64,000 nt of DNA, taken from NCBI GenBank assembly GCA_964016885.1, contig OZ024741.1, forward strand, positions 36,518,001 to 36,582,000. Direction: 5' to 3'. Under the pieces are notes generated by a model. It was not told the DNA's origin, made no database searches, and saw only the letters and a list, made by a program, of their open reading frames with translations. Positions 50,001 to 64,000 of this stretch are shown piece by piece. The position numbers were made by a program, and so were the translations under genes. This DNA comes from Eledone cirrhosa. Its lineage: Eukaryota. Numbering within the stretch: position 1 is the first letter of the stretch; the number at the start of each line of letters is the position of its first letter.

Positions 50001-51147
50001 ATGTAGGAAAGGCGTAGGTAGAAACTCCATCTTATGTCCTAAATGCAAAGTATGGGTGCATAAAAGATGTAGTGGGATCACAGGTAAGCTAACTAAGAAC
50101 ATAGACTTTACATGTGGCCGGTGTTCTGGTGCAATAAGTAGCAGCAAGTGCCCACAAAATACTAGCTCTTTCAATTGCGCAGAGGGTTTTATAGAAATAG
50201 TGGACAGCTTCCGTTACCTGGGCGATAAAATCAGCAGTGGGGGAGGGTGCTCTGAAAGTACTGTAGCTAGAGTCAGAACTGGTTGGAAAAAGTTCAGAGA
50301 GCTTATACCACTATTAGCTGCTAAAGGGTTCTCCCTAAAAATGAAAGGCAGGTTGTACGATGCCTGCATACGAACAGCAATGTTGCATGGTAGTGAGACC
50401 TGGGCATTGTGTGCAGAGGATATACGCAGACTAGAGAGGAACGAAGCTTGCATGCTCCGCTGGATGTGTAACAGTAATATACGTGAACGGCAAAGCATAA
50501 ACGAACTAAGGAAAAAATTAGAGATAAGAGGGATCAGATGTTGTTTACTCGAGAGAAGGCTGCGTTGGTATGGACACGTGATGCGCATGAAAGTCGATAG
50601 CTGTATTACAAAGTGCAGGGCAATAAAGATAGACGGTAGCCACGGAATAGGCAGACCTAGAAAAACATGGGATGAGCTGATAAACTCCGACCTCACACAC
50701 TTACACCTCTCCAAGACAATGTCACTGGACCGTGACCTTTGGCGGTACTCAGTAACAGAGAAGACCCGCCTTGCCAGTAGGCATCTCTAACAAAATACAC
50801 CCCTCCCGCCGCCACCCCCACCCCATCCACACCACCCCGTTCTATGTAAAGTTATGTTGGTGCCGCGCCATCCAGGCCGAAACAAATGAGATCGTGTAGG
50901 TGACACGACAAAAAACACACAGTCCACGCTGTAATGTGGCCGTGTAGGCAACACGGTAAAAACCTCCCAGACCCACACTGTAAATGTGGTTGGTGTTAGG
51001 AAGGGCATCCAACTGTAGAAAACCTGCCAGACAGTCCTATGCGAGCAAGACAATCACTCTTGCCTCAAGTGGGACTACCCCCGTCCAAACCCATGCAAGC
51101 GTGGAACACGGACGTTAAACGTTGATGATGATGATGATGATGATGAT
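47037..51147 (+). mobile_element. Apparently full-length RTE-clade non-LTR retrotransposon inserted in (TA)n
   Basis: ~470-bp 5' UTR with short internal repeats, one uninterrupted ORF, ~350-bp 3' UTR, (gat)n tail, TA tracts on both sides. Confidence 0.95.
47503..50790 (+). CDS. RTE polyprotein: APE endonuclease + reverse transcriptase + embedded PHD finger (true start probably a downstream ATG; first ATG at 47524)
   Basis: GTINVGTL, CIQETRW, SAYAPQ, AGDLNGHVG, VDYIL, SQH (APE); QFGF, FVDLEKAFD, GVHQGSVLSP, LYADD, FRYLG (RT); RLRWYGHVMR, GRPRKTW (RTE C-terminus). No stops over 1095 codons. Confidence 0.95.
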   Translation: MPGCLRYMMDGWMDGRTAESLESGRERKIWTPRAKMPMLKSNSPRGRECEHSSLFRPRMANITPSPPAPHHPHPPNAIQNFRVGTINVGTLKGRANEVVEMLERKEVDVCCIQETRWRGGSARFIEGKKRCYKLFWVGNDDGLGGVGIMVAEKWADKIIDVNRVNDRIIKIRLVLNRTTVTVISAYAPQSGLPGTIKDRFYETLLLTTSQISDSDYIIIAGDLNGHVGQHCDGYDEIHGGYGFGTRNEEGSRILEYCDANNLTICNTNFKKRDNHLITYRSGEHTSQVDYILTRRRDRVSVVNTKSLPHEECTSQHRLIISDLIVRTRRTRQQKRTILRRKIWKLKDPTARNKFQSILLDAFDSKEEHLESDNIEGQWKFLKANLLLATDEVCGWSRPVGRRRVTWWWNSKVEGSIKAKKQAWKVWRDGGSRVDYQVARREARREVYLARREAEERKFKHVLQRDDQKREVFRIARQCVKENRDIVGEKCVLNDDGILAITDTDKKVAWKCHYERLLNEENKWEKDSLPHIDPIEGPAVLVEGSIISKAIKDMKTGKAAGPSEIVAEMLKASGTVGHTMVTRIVNQVVQNGVVPKDWHSSIIVNCYKGKGDALDRSNYRGIKLIDQVMKVTEKVIAQLIRERIDLDEMQFGFVSGKSTTDALFIVRQLQEKYLAKGKPLYLAFVDLEKAFDRVPRSIIWWALRKLGVDEWLVRAIQAMYKETVSKVRINNEYSEEFSVKVGVHQGSVLSPLLFIIALQAITEEFKTGCPWELLYADDLTLIAESMAELEKKFQTWKHGLESKGLKINLAKTKVLVCRKENKAAVPSGKWSCSVCRKGVGRNSILCPKCKVWVHKRCSGITGKLTKNIDFTCGRCSGAISSSKCPQNTSSFNCAEGFIEIVDSFRYLGDKISSGGGCSESTVARVRTGWKKFRELIPLLAAKGFSLKMKGRLYDACIRTAMLHGSETWALCAEDIRRLERNEACMLRWMCNSNIRERQSINELRKKLEIRGIRCCLLERRLRWYGHVMRMKVDSCITKCRAIKIDGSHGIGRPRKTWDELINSDLTHLHLSKTMSLDRDLWRYSVTEKTRLASRHL

Positions 51148-51222
51148 ATATATATATATATATAATATGTCCAAACCCATGCAAGCGTGGAAGATGGACG
51201 TTAAACGATGATGATGATGATG

Positions 51223-51269
<47 letters not shown>

Positions 51270-51271
51270 AT

Positions 51272-53510
51272 ATCACCATCATCATCATCGTTTAACGTCC
51301 ATCTTCCACGCTAGCATGGGTTTGGACGGGAATTTTCCCACTTGAGGCAAGATTGGTTGTCTTGCTCATATAGGACTGTCTGGCGGGTTTTCTACGGCTG
51401 GATGCCCTTCCTAACACCAATCACGTTTACAGTGTGAACTGGGAGATTTTTACCGTGTTACCTACACGGCCACATTACAGCGTGGACTGTGTGTTTTTTT
51501 TTTTGTGACACCTACACGCCCTCATTTGTTTCGGACTGGATGCTGTGGTACCAACATAACTTTACATTGAAAGGGGTGGTGTGGATGGGGTGGGAGTAGT
51601 GGGGCCGGGGTGTATTTTGTTAGAGGTGCCTACTGACTGTAGGTTTCGCTTTGTACTTAGGCAAGGCGGGTCTTCTGTATTACTGTGTATCGCCAAAGAT
51701 CTCGGTTCAGTGACATTGTCTTGGAGCGGTGTAAGTGTGTGAGGTCGGAATTTAGCAAATCGTCCCAGGTTTTTCTGGGTCTGCCTATTCCGTGGCTACC
51801 GTCTATTTTTATTGCCCTGCACATTTTTATACATCTGTTGTCTTTCATGTGCATCACGTGACCGTACCAACGTAGTCTTCTCTCGAGTAAACAGCATCTG
51901 ATCCCTCTTATTCCTAATTTCTCCCTTAGTTCGTTTATGCTTTACTGTTCACATATATTACTATTACACATCCAGCGGAGCATGCAAGCTTCGTTCCTCT
52001 CCAGTCTGCGTATATCCTCTGCACACAATGCCCAGGTCTCACTGCCATGCAACATTGCTGTTCGTATGCAGGCATCATACAGCCTACCTTTCATTTATAG
52101 TGAGAACCCTTTAGCGGCCAATAGTGGTATAAGCTCTCTGAACTTTTTCCATCCCGTTTTGACTCTAGCTACTGTACTTTCGGAGCACCCTCCACCACTG
52201 CTGATTTTGTCACCCAGGTAACGGAAGGTGTCCACTATTTCTATAGAACCATCTGTGCAATGGAATGAGCTAGTACTCTGTGGGCACTTGCTGCTACTTA
52301 TTGCACCGGAGCACCGGCCACATATAAAGTCTATATTCTTAGTTAGCTTACCTGTGATCCCACTACATCTTTTATGCACCCATACTTTGCATTTGGGACA
52401 TAAAATGGAGTTTCTGCCTACTCCTTTCCTACACACTGAGCATGGCCATTTCCTAGATGGGACTGTGCCCTATTTTCCTTCCTACAAACTAGAACTTTAG
52501 TGTTAGACAGGTTAATTTTAAGGCCTTTTGATTCTAGGCCATGCTTCCATATTTGGAATTTCTTCTCTAGTTCGGCCATTGATTCAGCTATGAGCATTAG
52601 ATTATCTGCGTATAGGAGTTCCCATGGGCAGCCAGTCTTGAACTCCTCTGTTATAGCCTGAAGGGCAATAATAAATAGGAGGGGGCTAAGGACGGAGCCC
52701 TGATGAACACCAACCTTTACGCTAAACTCTTCACTATATTCGTTGTTAATTCTAACCTTGCTGACTGTTTCTTTATACATGGCTTGTATAGCTCTCCCAA
52801 GCCATTCATCAACACCTAGTTTTCTAAGAGCCCACCAGATAATGGAGCGGGGGACTCTGTCAAAGGTTTTCTCCAAGTCAACAAAAGCTAAGTATAGGAG
52901 TTTACTTTTAGCTAGGTACTTCTGTAATTGTCATACAATGAAAAGAGCGTCTGTGGTTTTACCTTACACAAACCCGAACTGCATTTCATCTAGATCAATT
53001 CGATCTCTGATTAGTGCGCTACTTTTCTGTGACCTTCATGACCTGGTCGATTAATTTAATGCCTCTATAGTTACCCCTATCTAGGGCATCTCCTTTACCC
53101 TTGTAGCAGTTAATGATGATGCTGCTACGCCAGTCCTTCGGAACGACCCCATTCTGTATGACTTGGTTTACTATGCGGGTGACAGTATTGTGTCCCACCG
53201 TTCCAGATGCTTTCAACATTTCAGCAACTATTTCCGAAGGCCCAGCCGCCTTACCCGTCTTCATATCTTTGATTACCTTACTTATTATACTACCTTTAAC
53301 TAACACTGATGGTCCCTCTATTGGATCGATGTGAGGGAGACTGTCTTTCTCCCATTTATTCTCCTCATTTAGTAGCCTTTCGTAGTGACACTTCCAAGCT
53401 ACCTTCTTATCAGCGTCAGTGATGGCAAGTACACCATCATCATTAAGGACACACTTCTCCCCGACAATATCAGTGTTTTCTTTGACACATTGCCTAGCAA
53501 TCCTGAACAC
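51272..53510 (-). mobile_element. 5'-truncated PHD-RTE copy (frameshifted, YADN)
   Basis: ORFs 53019-53510, 52418-52876, 52095-52436 and 51657-51857 are collinear with 48913-50790. Confidence 0.93.
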
Positions 53511-53530
53511 ATGTATATATATATATATAC

Positions 53531-53607
<77 letters not shown>

Positions 53608-54042
53608 TATATATATCTACCTGGAGTTGCGACCGATAGATAGTATTAGCAATTGGAAAGACCAACGGAAACATTGTTCCCGCTGTCCGATTTGGCAAAA
53701 ATCGATCGTTCCTTTATATATATAAAGGATGCCACAGAGTGTACGATAGATAATGATAACAATATTTTTGAGCAACAACTCTAGTCCCACACTTTTGAAG
53801 GTTTATTATAACATTCTGTGGCTCTTTAGAGCTTGCACATTTTCAGGTCTAGTATATATATATATATGCATCTATGAGTATGTATATGTATGTTGTTGTA
53901 TATATATATATATATAGAAATATATATATATAGCTCATGCTAATGGTGATGATGATGATATTGATTATATGTGTGTGTGTATATATATATATATATATGT
54001 GTGTGTGTATATATGTATATATATAGGTATATGTGTGTGAAT

Positions 54043-54969
54043 GAGGGTGCTCTGAAAGTACAGTAGCTAGAGTCAGAACTGGATGGAAAAAGTTCAGAGA
54101 GCTTATACCACTATTAGCCGCTAAAGGGTTCTCCCTAAAAATGAAAGGCAGGTTGTATGATGCCTGCATACGAACAGCGATGTTGCATGGCAGTGAGACC
54201 TGGGCATTGTGTGCAGAGGATATACGCAGACTAGAGAGAAATGAAGCTTGCATGCTCCGCTGGATGTGTAATAGTAATATACGTGAACGGCAAAGCATAA
54301 ACGAACTAAGGAAAAAATTAGAAATAAGAGGGATCAGATGTTGTTTACTCGAGAGAAGGCTACGTTGGTATGGTCACGTGATGCGTATGAAGGACAATAG
54401 CTGTATAACAAAGTGCAGGGTAATAAAGATAGACGGTAGCCACGGAATAGGGCAGACCCAGAAAAACCTGGGACGAGCTGATAAATTCCGACCTCACACA
54501 CTTACACCTCACCAAGACAATGTCACTGGACCGAGACCTTTGGCGGTACTCAGTAATAGAGAAGACCCGCCTTACCTAAATACAAAGTAAAACCTACTAC
54601 AGTAAGTAGGCATCTCTATCAAAATACACCTCCGTCCCACCACCCCCACCCCATCCACACCGCCCCTTTCAATGTAAAGTTATGTTGGTGCCACAACATC
54701 CAGGCCGAAACAAATGAGATCGTGTAGGTGTCACGTCAAAAAAACACACAGTTCACGCTGTAATGTGGCCGTGTAGGCAACACGGTAAAAACCTCCCAGC
54801 CCCACACTGTAAATGTGGTTGGTGTTAGGAAGGGCATCCAGCTGTAGAAAACCCGCCAGATAGTCCTATGCGAGCAAGATAATCACTCTTGACTCAAGTG
54901 GGAAACCCCCGTCCAAACCCATGCAAGCATGGAACACGGACGTTAAACGTTGATGATGATGATGATGAT
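54043..54969 (+). mobile_element. 5'-truncated PHD-RTE copy
   Basis: Near-identical to 50243-51147; one frameshift near 54450; microsatellite flanks. Confidence 0.92.
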
Positions 54970-55133
54970 ATACATATTATATATATATATATATACATAT
55001 TATATATATATATATATATATATACATATTATATATATATATATACATATTATATATATATATATACATATTATATATATATATACATATATATATATAC
55101 ATATTATATATATGTATATATATATATACATAT

Positions 55134-55485
<352 letters not shown>

Positions 55486-55489
55486 TATA

Positions 55490-57934
<2,445 letters not shown>

Positions 57935-58748
57935 TACATATATATATATATATTGTTATACTTTGGGAGGGTCATGTTGCCAATAAGAAACACACACACC
58001 AGTTGCTTTCACTTCAATATATTATATATTTATAAATTTACAAATCTACAAATTTATAAATTTCTGGTTGGTTGGTTGGTTCCACAACCAGATAGTTGTT
58101 TATATATAGTCATAGTCCTTTCGTCACACACTCTGTGACCTCTTCAGTGACTGGGGATTTCTTTCTTTGTTTCTGTGCCTTTCCTTTCTTCTGTCCTACG
58201 CCATTTTGTTTCTGTGTGTGTGTTGTGTGCTCAGTTTGCGCATGCGCCACATCCGGTGTCTGTGTGTGTTTGTGTTCATTTATCTATTTGTTTATTTATT
58301 TACATGTTGTTGGTTGGTTGTTTGTTCTATGTGTGTGTGTGTTTTCATTTTGTCCTTAATTGTAAGTTGTGATGTTGCTGTTCCACTCATATATATATAT
58401 ATACACATATATATATATCACATATATTTTTATTTGTTTGACCCGAATTACTTGGTCGTTTCTATGGCTGTGCGGATAATGGTCTAACCATCGTCTCAGT
58501 GTGTTTGGCCTTTTAACGTATGTTGTAGCTCTGGTTCGTCAGAACTATTGAGCGCTTGCCACACATCTCAGAAGTTGTTTTTCACTAATTCCAAAGCCGA
58601 AATACAATTCTCGCTAATTTATATTTGTATATACATATATATATATATATATATATACATATTTCATTTTTCATTTCATTTCATTTTACGTCCGCTTTTC
58701 CCTGCTTGCAAGGGTGGGACGGGAACTGATATATATATATATATATAT

Positions 58749-58958
58749 ATTTATTAAAATAACAGATTAAAGTTTAAGCAAAGAATCGCTGCTTTCACCC
58801 TTAACGGGATCTTCTGAAACTAACAAAGTCAATCCGTAAACGCAGAACTGGATATTTCAAAAAACGTTGCAACTGGAGGAAGACAGGAAGACGATATTTT
58901 GGTTTGTGGAAACGTTCGCCCTCTTTGGATTTTAGTCTTCAAATTTATTATTATTACT

Positions 58959-58962
<4 letters not shown>
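58749..58962 (-). mobile_element. ~210-bp non-autonomous derivative of the Penelope-like element (both termini only)
   Basis: 58749-58918 matches 55490-55658 and 58918-58962 matches 57792-57835. Confidence 0.85.
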
Positions 58963-59001
<39 letters not shown>

Positions 59002-59032
59002 TATACATATATATATATATACATATATATAC

Positions 59033-59141
<109 letters not shown>

Positions 59142-59160
59142 TATATAAATTATATATATA

Positions 59161-60799
59161 CAGGTCATGAAAGTAACAGAAAGAGTTATAGCACAGTTGA
59201 TTAGGGACCGGGTGAAACTAGATGAGATGCAATTTGGGTTTGTACCAGGAAGAGGCACCACTGATGCCCTCCTCCTTGTGAGGCAGTTACAGGAAAAGTA
59301 CCTAGCTAAAAGTAAGCCACTCTACCTGGCATTCGTCGATCTCGAGAAAGTCTTTGACAGAGTTCCACATGCTGTAATCTGGTGGGCTCTTAGAAAACTA
59401 GGAGTAGATGAATGGCTTGTGAAAGCATTCAGCAAAGTTAGGATTAGCAATGAGTATAGCGAGGAATTTAGCGTACAGGTTGGTGTCCACCAACCTGTTC
59501 TTAGCCCTCTCCTGTTCATCATAGTCCTGCAGGCAATAACGGAGGAGTTTAAGACCGGATGCCCATGGGAACTCCTGTATACTGATGACCTCGCACTTAT
59601 AGCTGAATCTATGGTAGAACTAGAGAAGAAATTCCAAACTTGGAAGCAGGGACTAGAAAGAAAGGGTCTCAAAGTCAACATGACAGATCCCCTCAGGGAA
59701 ATGGCCTTGCTCAGTATGTAGGAAAGGTGTAGGTAGGAACTCCATTCTCTGCCCCAAATGCAAACAATGGGTACACAAGAGATGTAGCGGGATCTCAGGA
59801 AGCTTAACTAAGAATGTAGGCTTCACTTGCAGCAGCTGTACTGGGACAGCAAGCAGCAAACAGCCACAGGAAACAAGTACCACCAATCTCTGGGAGGGCT
59901 CTGTAGAGACAGTAGACAGCTTCTGCTACCTAGGTGACCGAATTAGCAGCGGAGGTGGGTGTTCAGAAAGTACAATAACTAGGGTAAGAACGGGATGGAA
60001 GAAGTTCAGGGAACTACTACTACTGCTAGTTGCAAAAGGCTTCTCCCTCAAAATGAAAGGCAGACTGTATGATGCGTGTATCCGAACAGCAATGTTACAT
60101 GGTAGTGAGACCTGGGCACTGAAGGTGGAAGACGTACGTAGATTAGAGAGAAACGAAGCCTGCATGCTCTGATGGATGTGTAATAGTAATATACGCGAAC
60201 GACAAAGCATAAATGAATTGAGAGAGAGACTGAGCATAAGAGGAATCAAATGCTGTGTGCAGGAGAGGTGGTTGCGTTGGTATGGACATGTGATGCGTAT
60301 GAAGGATGACAGCTGCATAAAAAGGTGCAGAGCACTAGAAGTCGATGGAAACCGCAGAGTGGGGAGACCCAAGATGACCTGGGATGAGGTGATAAAAGCC
60401 GACCTTACCCAATTACACCTCTCCAAGGCGATGACACACGACCGTGACCTCTGGCGTCACGCAGTAATACAGAGTACCCGACCTCCCATGGGTACAAGGT
60501 GAAGCATATAAACAATATGCCCCCACACCCTCCCACTGCAAGGTGGTCGTGGAGGTGCCACGGCAAAAAAGCACCCACCCCACACTGTAAAGTTGACGTG
60601 TAGGCGTCACGAAAAAGCACCCAGCACTCACTGTAAATGAGGTTGGTGTTAGGAAGGGCATCCAGCTGTAGAAATCAAGCCAAATCAATTCCTGTATGAG
60701 CAAGTCATGGTCAGCCGACCAGACACTGCCCACAACAGGACACCCCGTCTAACCCATGCTAGCGTGGAAGAACGGACGTAAAACGGTGATGATGATGAT
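59161..60799 (+). mobile_element. 5'-truncated PHD-RTE, second subfamily
   Basis: RT (FVDLEKVFD, LYTDD), PHD CSVC...CPKCKQWVHKRC...CSSC, C-terminus; 3' UTR shared with SINE B; small deletions. Confidence 0.92.
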
Positions 60800-61599
60800 A
60801 TTCACACACATTATATATATATATATATAATACATAGGAAGGGCATCCAACCATAGAAACTAAGCTAGAAACAGTTCTATACGAGCAAGACAGTCATCTG
60901 ATGGGACAACTCATCTAACTCGTGTTAGTGTGGAACAATGGATTTGGAACATCCATTGTGATGATGATATGTATATAAATGTGTGTGTGTATCTGTAACT
61001 CTTTAAAACTTACACACACAAACATACATTGCACATACACACAATGCATCTCCTATCTCAGTCATGTTGCTACAATAAGAGGTTCGTTTTCCAGTCACAA
61101 AATCCTGGGTTCTAACTTTACAGTTATCACTGTAAATAGTTATTTTTCCAAAGTTACTCATACATTTTATCCTGGATGCCCTTTATACATATATTATTAT
61201 CTTTAATCACATCTTTAATCAACATAAACTATAGTGTTTCTCTTATGTAAACCATTAATTTACCATAATGCAAATTTGCCAGTTTGTATGATTATCCATA
61301 TATCTAGTAATGTTGTTATATATGGCAAGTCGATCCTTGATTCCGAAAATTAAATATGTTCAAGACTGTTGCTGTAATTGTTGATTGGACTGGTCCATCC
61401 TAGTGTTATTTATATTAGCTAATCGGAAGCAAGTAACAGGATTTGAACTTAGAACATAGGGTCAGAACAAATGCCATAAGTAATTTCATGTGATGTGATC
61501 TTAAACAATTCCACCAATCCATCATCTTGAAATAGTACTTTATGTTATCAACCATATAAGGACGAAAAGCAAAATTAACACGAATATAAGTGGCCAAAA

Positions 61600-61980
61600 T
61601 GGGGTTCCTCCAAAGCGACTATGGAGTAATGTTACTCGATAAAGTGTGTAGCTCGGAGATCAGAGTCACTCCAGGTAGAGCCAATACTTCTCCGAATTGA
61701 GAAATCACAGCTCCAGTACTATGGACATGTGGTTAGAATGTCTCAGGAAAGAATCGCTGGACAGATTTTACGGGCAAAACTAACTGGCAGGAAATCCAGT
61801 GGTAGACCCCAAGCAAGATGGTTGGATAACATCCATGCGCTTGGTTAGTCTTGCCTGGGGATCCAACCAGATCAGCTGGTGACTGTTGCTTCTGACAGGA
61901 CCCACTGGAAGGAGTGTTTGAAGGCTCAGCTCCCATGACCCTCCCAGGAATAAGTGGGCAAAGAAGTAGAAGAAGTAGCA
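61600..61980 (+). mobile_element. RTE-group 3' fragment with (agt/aga)n tail
   Basis: YYGHVVRM...GRPQARWLDNIH...DRTHWK; homologous to 20665-21075. Confidence 0.72.
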
Positions 61981-63027
61981 AAATTAACCTTGACTTGGTT
62001 TGAATTAAAAGCGCAGGGAGAACTGACGCAAATACTGCAAGGCATGTTGTCCTATCCTCTAGTTACTCTGACATTTCTCTGTTATCAATATCACCCAAAT
62101 TTAATATGTAAGTGGCTGAGCATTCCACAGACACTTGCACCCTTAATATAGTTCTCAGGGAGATTCACCATGACACAATGTGTGACTAGGCTAGCTCCTT
62201 GAGTTACTAGTACAACTCAATTTTGTCAGCTGAGTGGACTGGAGTACCCACATATATTAGCTCTAATGACACTGCCATCAATACCATACAACATATATTA
62301 GCTAAGCTAAACCATAAAGTCTATAATTATCAAGACAAAGGACTAACTCTAAGATTGTAACAAGCAGTACATCTGAGATTCCACTTTTTTTTTGTGAGCC
62401 ATTGAAGGAGCCTCCACATAGTCGCTTGATTTGCTAGAAATAGCAGCCAAATCTCTCTAAAATTACACACCATCAATGGTTAAAGAATTTACTTCATAAC
62501 CACATGGTTTTAGGTTCAATTCCACAGAGCGGCACCTTGGGACAGTGTCTTCTGCTAAAGTTTCAGGGTGACTAATACCTTGCAAATGAAATTTGGTTGA
62601 CAGAAACTGTGTGGGAGCCTGTTGTGTGTATGTGTATATGTGTCCCTGTTTGTGCTCACTGCTCATTTATGCCCTGTAACATAGCAGTTCAACAAAAAGA
62701 TATTGATAAAATAAACACCAGATTTGAAAATATAAGTATTGGGTTTCGATACAATTGATAAATTTCCTTCAAGCTAGTGCCCCAGAATGACCGCAGTCTA
62801 ATGACTGAAACTAGTAAAAATAGAAGAATTAGAAAGAATGAATATAGTCTTAAAAAATGAACGTGAAAGAACATATTAGATAGTGTTGTCTGGAAAAATA
62901 CTAGATGATCATGGCTGGAATAACTTTAAAGGCCTCTTCAGTCATGGTTGACTTTGGGTTAAACATCAATAGCAACAACAATACAACTAGCTTACCTTGA
63001 CCACTATTTTATAACAATACTTTAAAC

Positions 63028-63549
63028 CAGGGATCCCTAACTGTCTCTCTAGGGCTGCATGCGGTCCTCAGAACAAGAAAAGAATTATGCTCTTATCCAG
63101 CAGATTGCATGTAGCCAGCAACAGCATGACAAGATATTTTGCTACATTTCAAATATTTGCGCCAATTTTTATATAAATTCAAACTACGTTGCAAAGTAGT
63201 AGTAGTAGTAGTCGTATATTTTTCTCTGTCTCTTGGTATGTCCATATATATGTGTGTATGGAAAAAGAATTCTGCATATAGGCAATGGAACTTCAAAAGG
63301 ACAAAAAACGTGTGTGTGTGTGTTACTCTATGTCCTTCAACATATAGGTAACGCGACAAACTTCTAACAACTTTCTCAGTAAAACACGTGTGTCTAATGA
63401 GTATTGATTGAAAACAGCAATTTTGAGTGTAAGTCTTTCATCATAAAAACGACAACTGTTTTCATTAGTATGGATAATTTTAATGTGGCCCTCATCAAAA
63501 TTTGGAATGTTAATGTGGTCCTTGCATGCAAAAAGGTTGAGGACCTCTG
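63028..63549. mobile_element. hAT (Charlie-like) non-autonomous element
   Basis: Ends cagggatccctaact / aggttgaggacctctg; subterminal tgcggtcc/tgtggccc motifs; degenerate 8-bp flanks ctttaaac / ttttagat. Confidence 0.6.
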
Positions 63550-64000
63550 TTTTAGATAATCTACCATAGAGTGAGGAGAAGAGATTCTGAGAGAAAGAAG
63601 TGGTGTGTATTATTTTACCACGTTGGGCGGTGGATTGGCAGTATCGGTAGAGGGTCGGACGCCATGCTTTCCAGCATAGTTACGTCCCTTTACGATCTGA
63701 GTTCAAATCCCGCCGAGGTTGACTTTGCCTTTCATCCTTACGGGGTCGATAAAATAAAGTACCAGTAATGCACTGGGTAATTGCTGGCCTTGTGCCTAAA
63801 GTAGAAACAATTATTTTACCATGTTGGGTCACTGCCACAAATGGATTTATTCAATCATATCAGTCCCAGTAGTATTTTTCCTTTTTTTTTTTTGTATCTG
63901 GGACTTATTTTATGAATCTCTTTTGTCAAATTGTTAAGTTGCAGGACATAAATAAACAGTAAACCTAAAAGCAAACATGAACACACACACACACACACAC

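Noticed and set aside
62991-63030. Minus-strand donor (cttac) suggesting a nested antisense gene
   Set aside because: The putative exon runs into a hAT-type element within ~30 bp and gives no recognisable protein.

Overview
AT-rich, repeat-dense animal genomic DNA. The repeat landscape suggests a coleoid cephalopod such as an octopus (inference, not proven). The only host gene I can support is SMC6 on the + strand: 11 internal GT-AG exons (734-26267, 1388 nt, frame-consistent) from the distal hinge through the C-terminal coiled coil. The next expected exon (ABC signature LSGGE) was not found in the remaining ~37.7 kb. The introns hold an apparently intact RTE-clade LINE (ORF 47503-50790) with a C4HC3 PHD finger embedded in the RT region, many truncated relatives sitting in (TA)n tracts, a decayed BovB-like RTE with C2H2 fingers, a Naiad-like Penelope element plus a ~210-bp derivative (both with a variant-core hammerhead-like fold), two tRNA-derived SINE families, piggyBac/hAT/Helitron-type relics, and two large tandem arrays (48-bp x ~180; 57-bp x ~43) that both appear to derive from RTE sequence. 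There is no CRISPR array or prokaryotic system. The best novelty candidates are the PHD-bearing RTE with its partner SINE and satellites, and the Penelope ribozyme variant.
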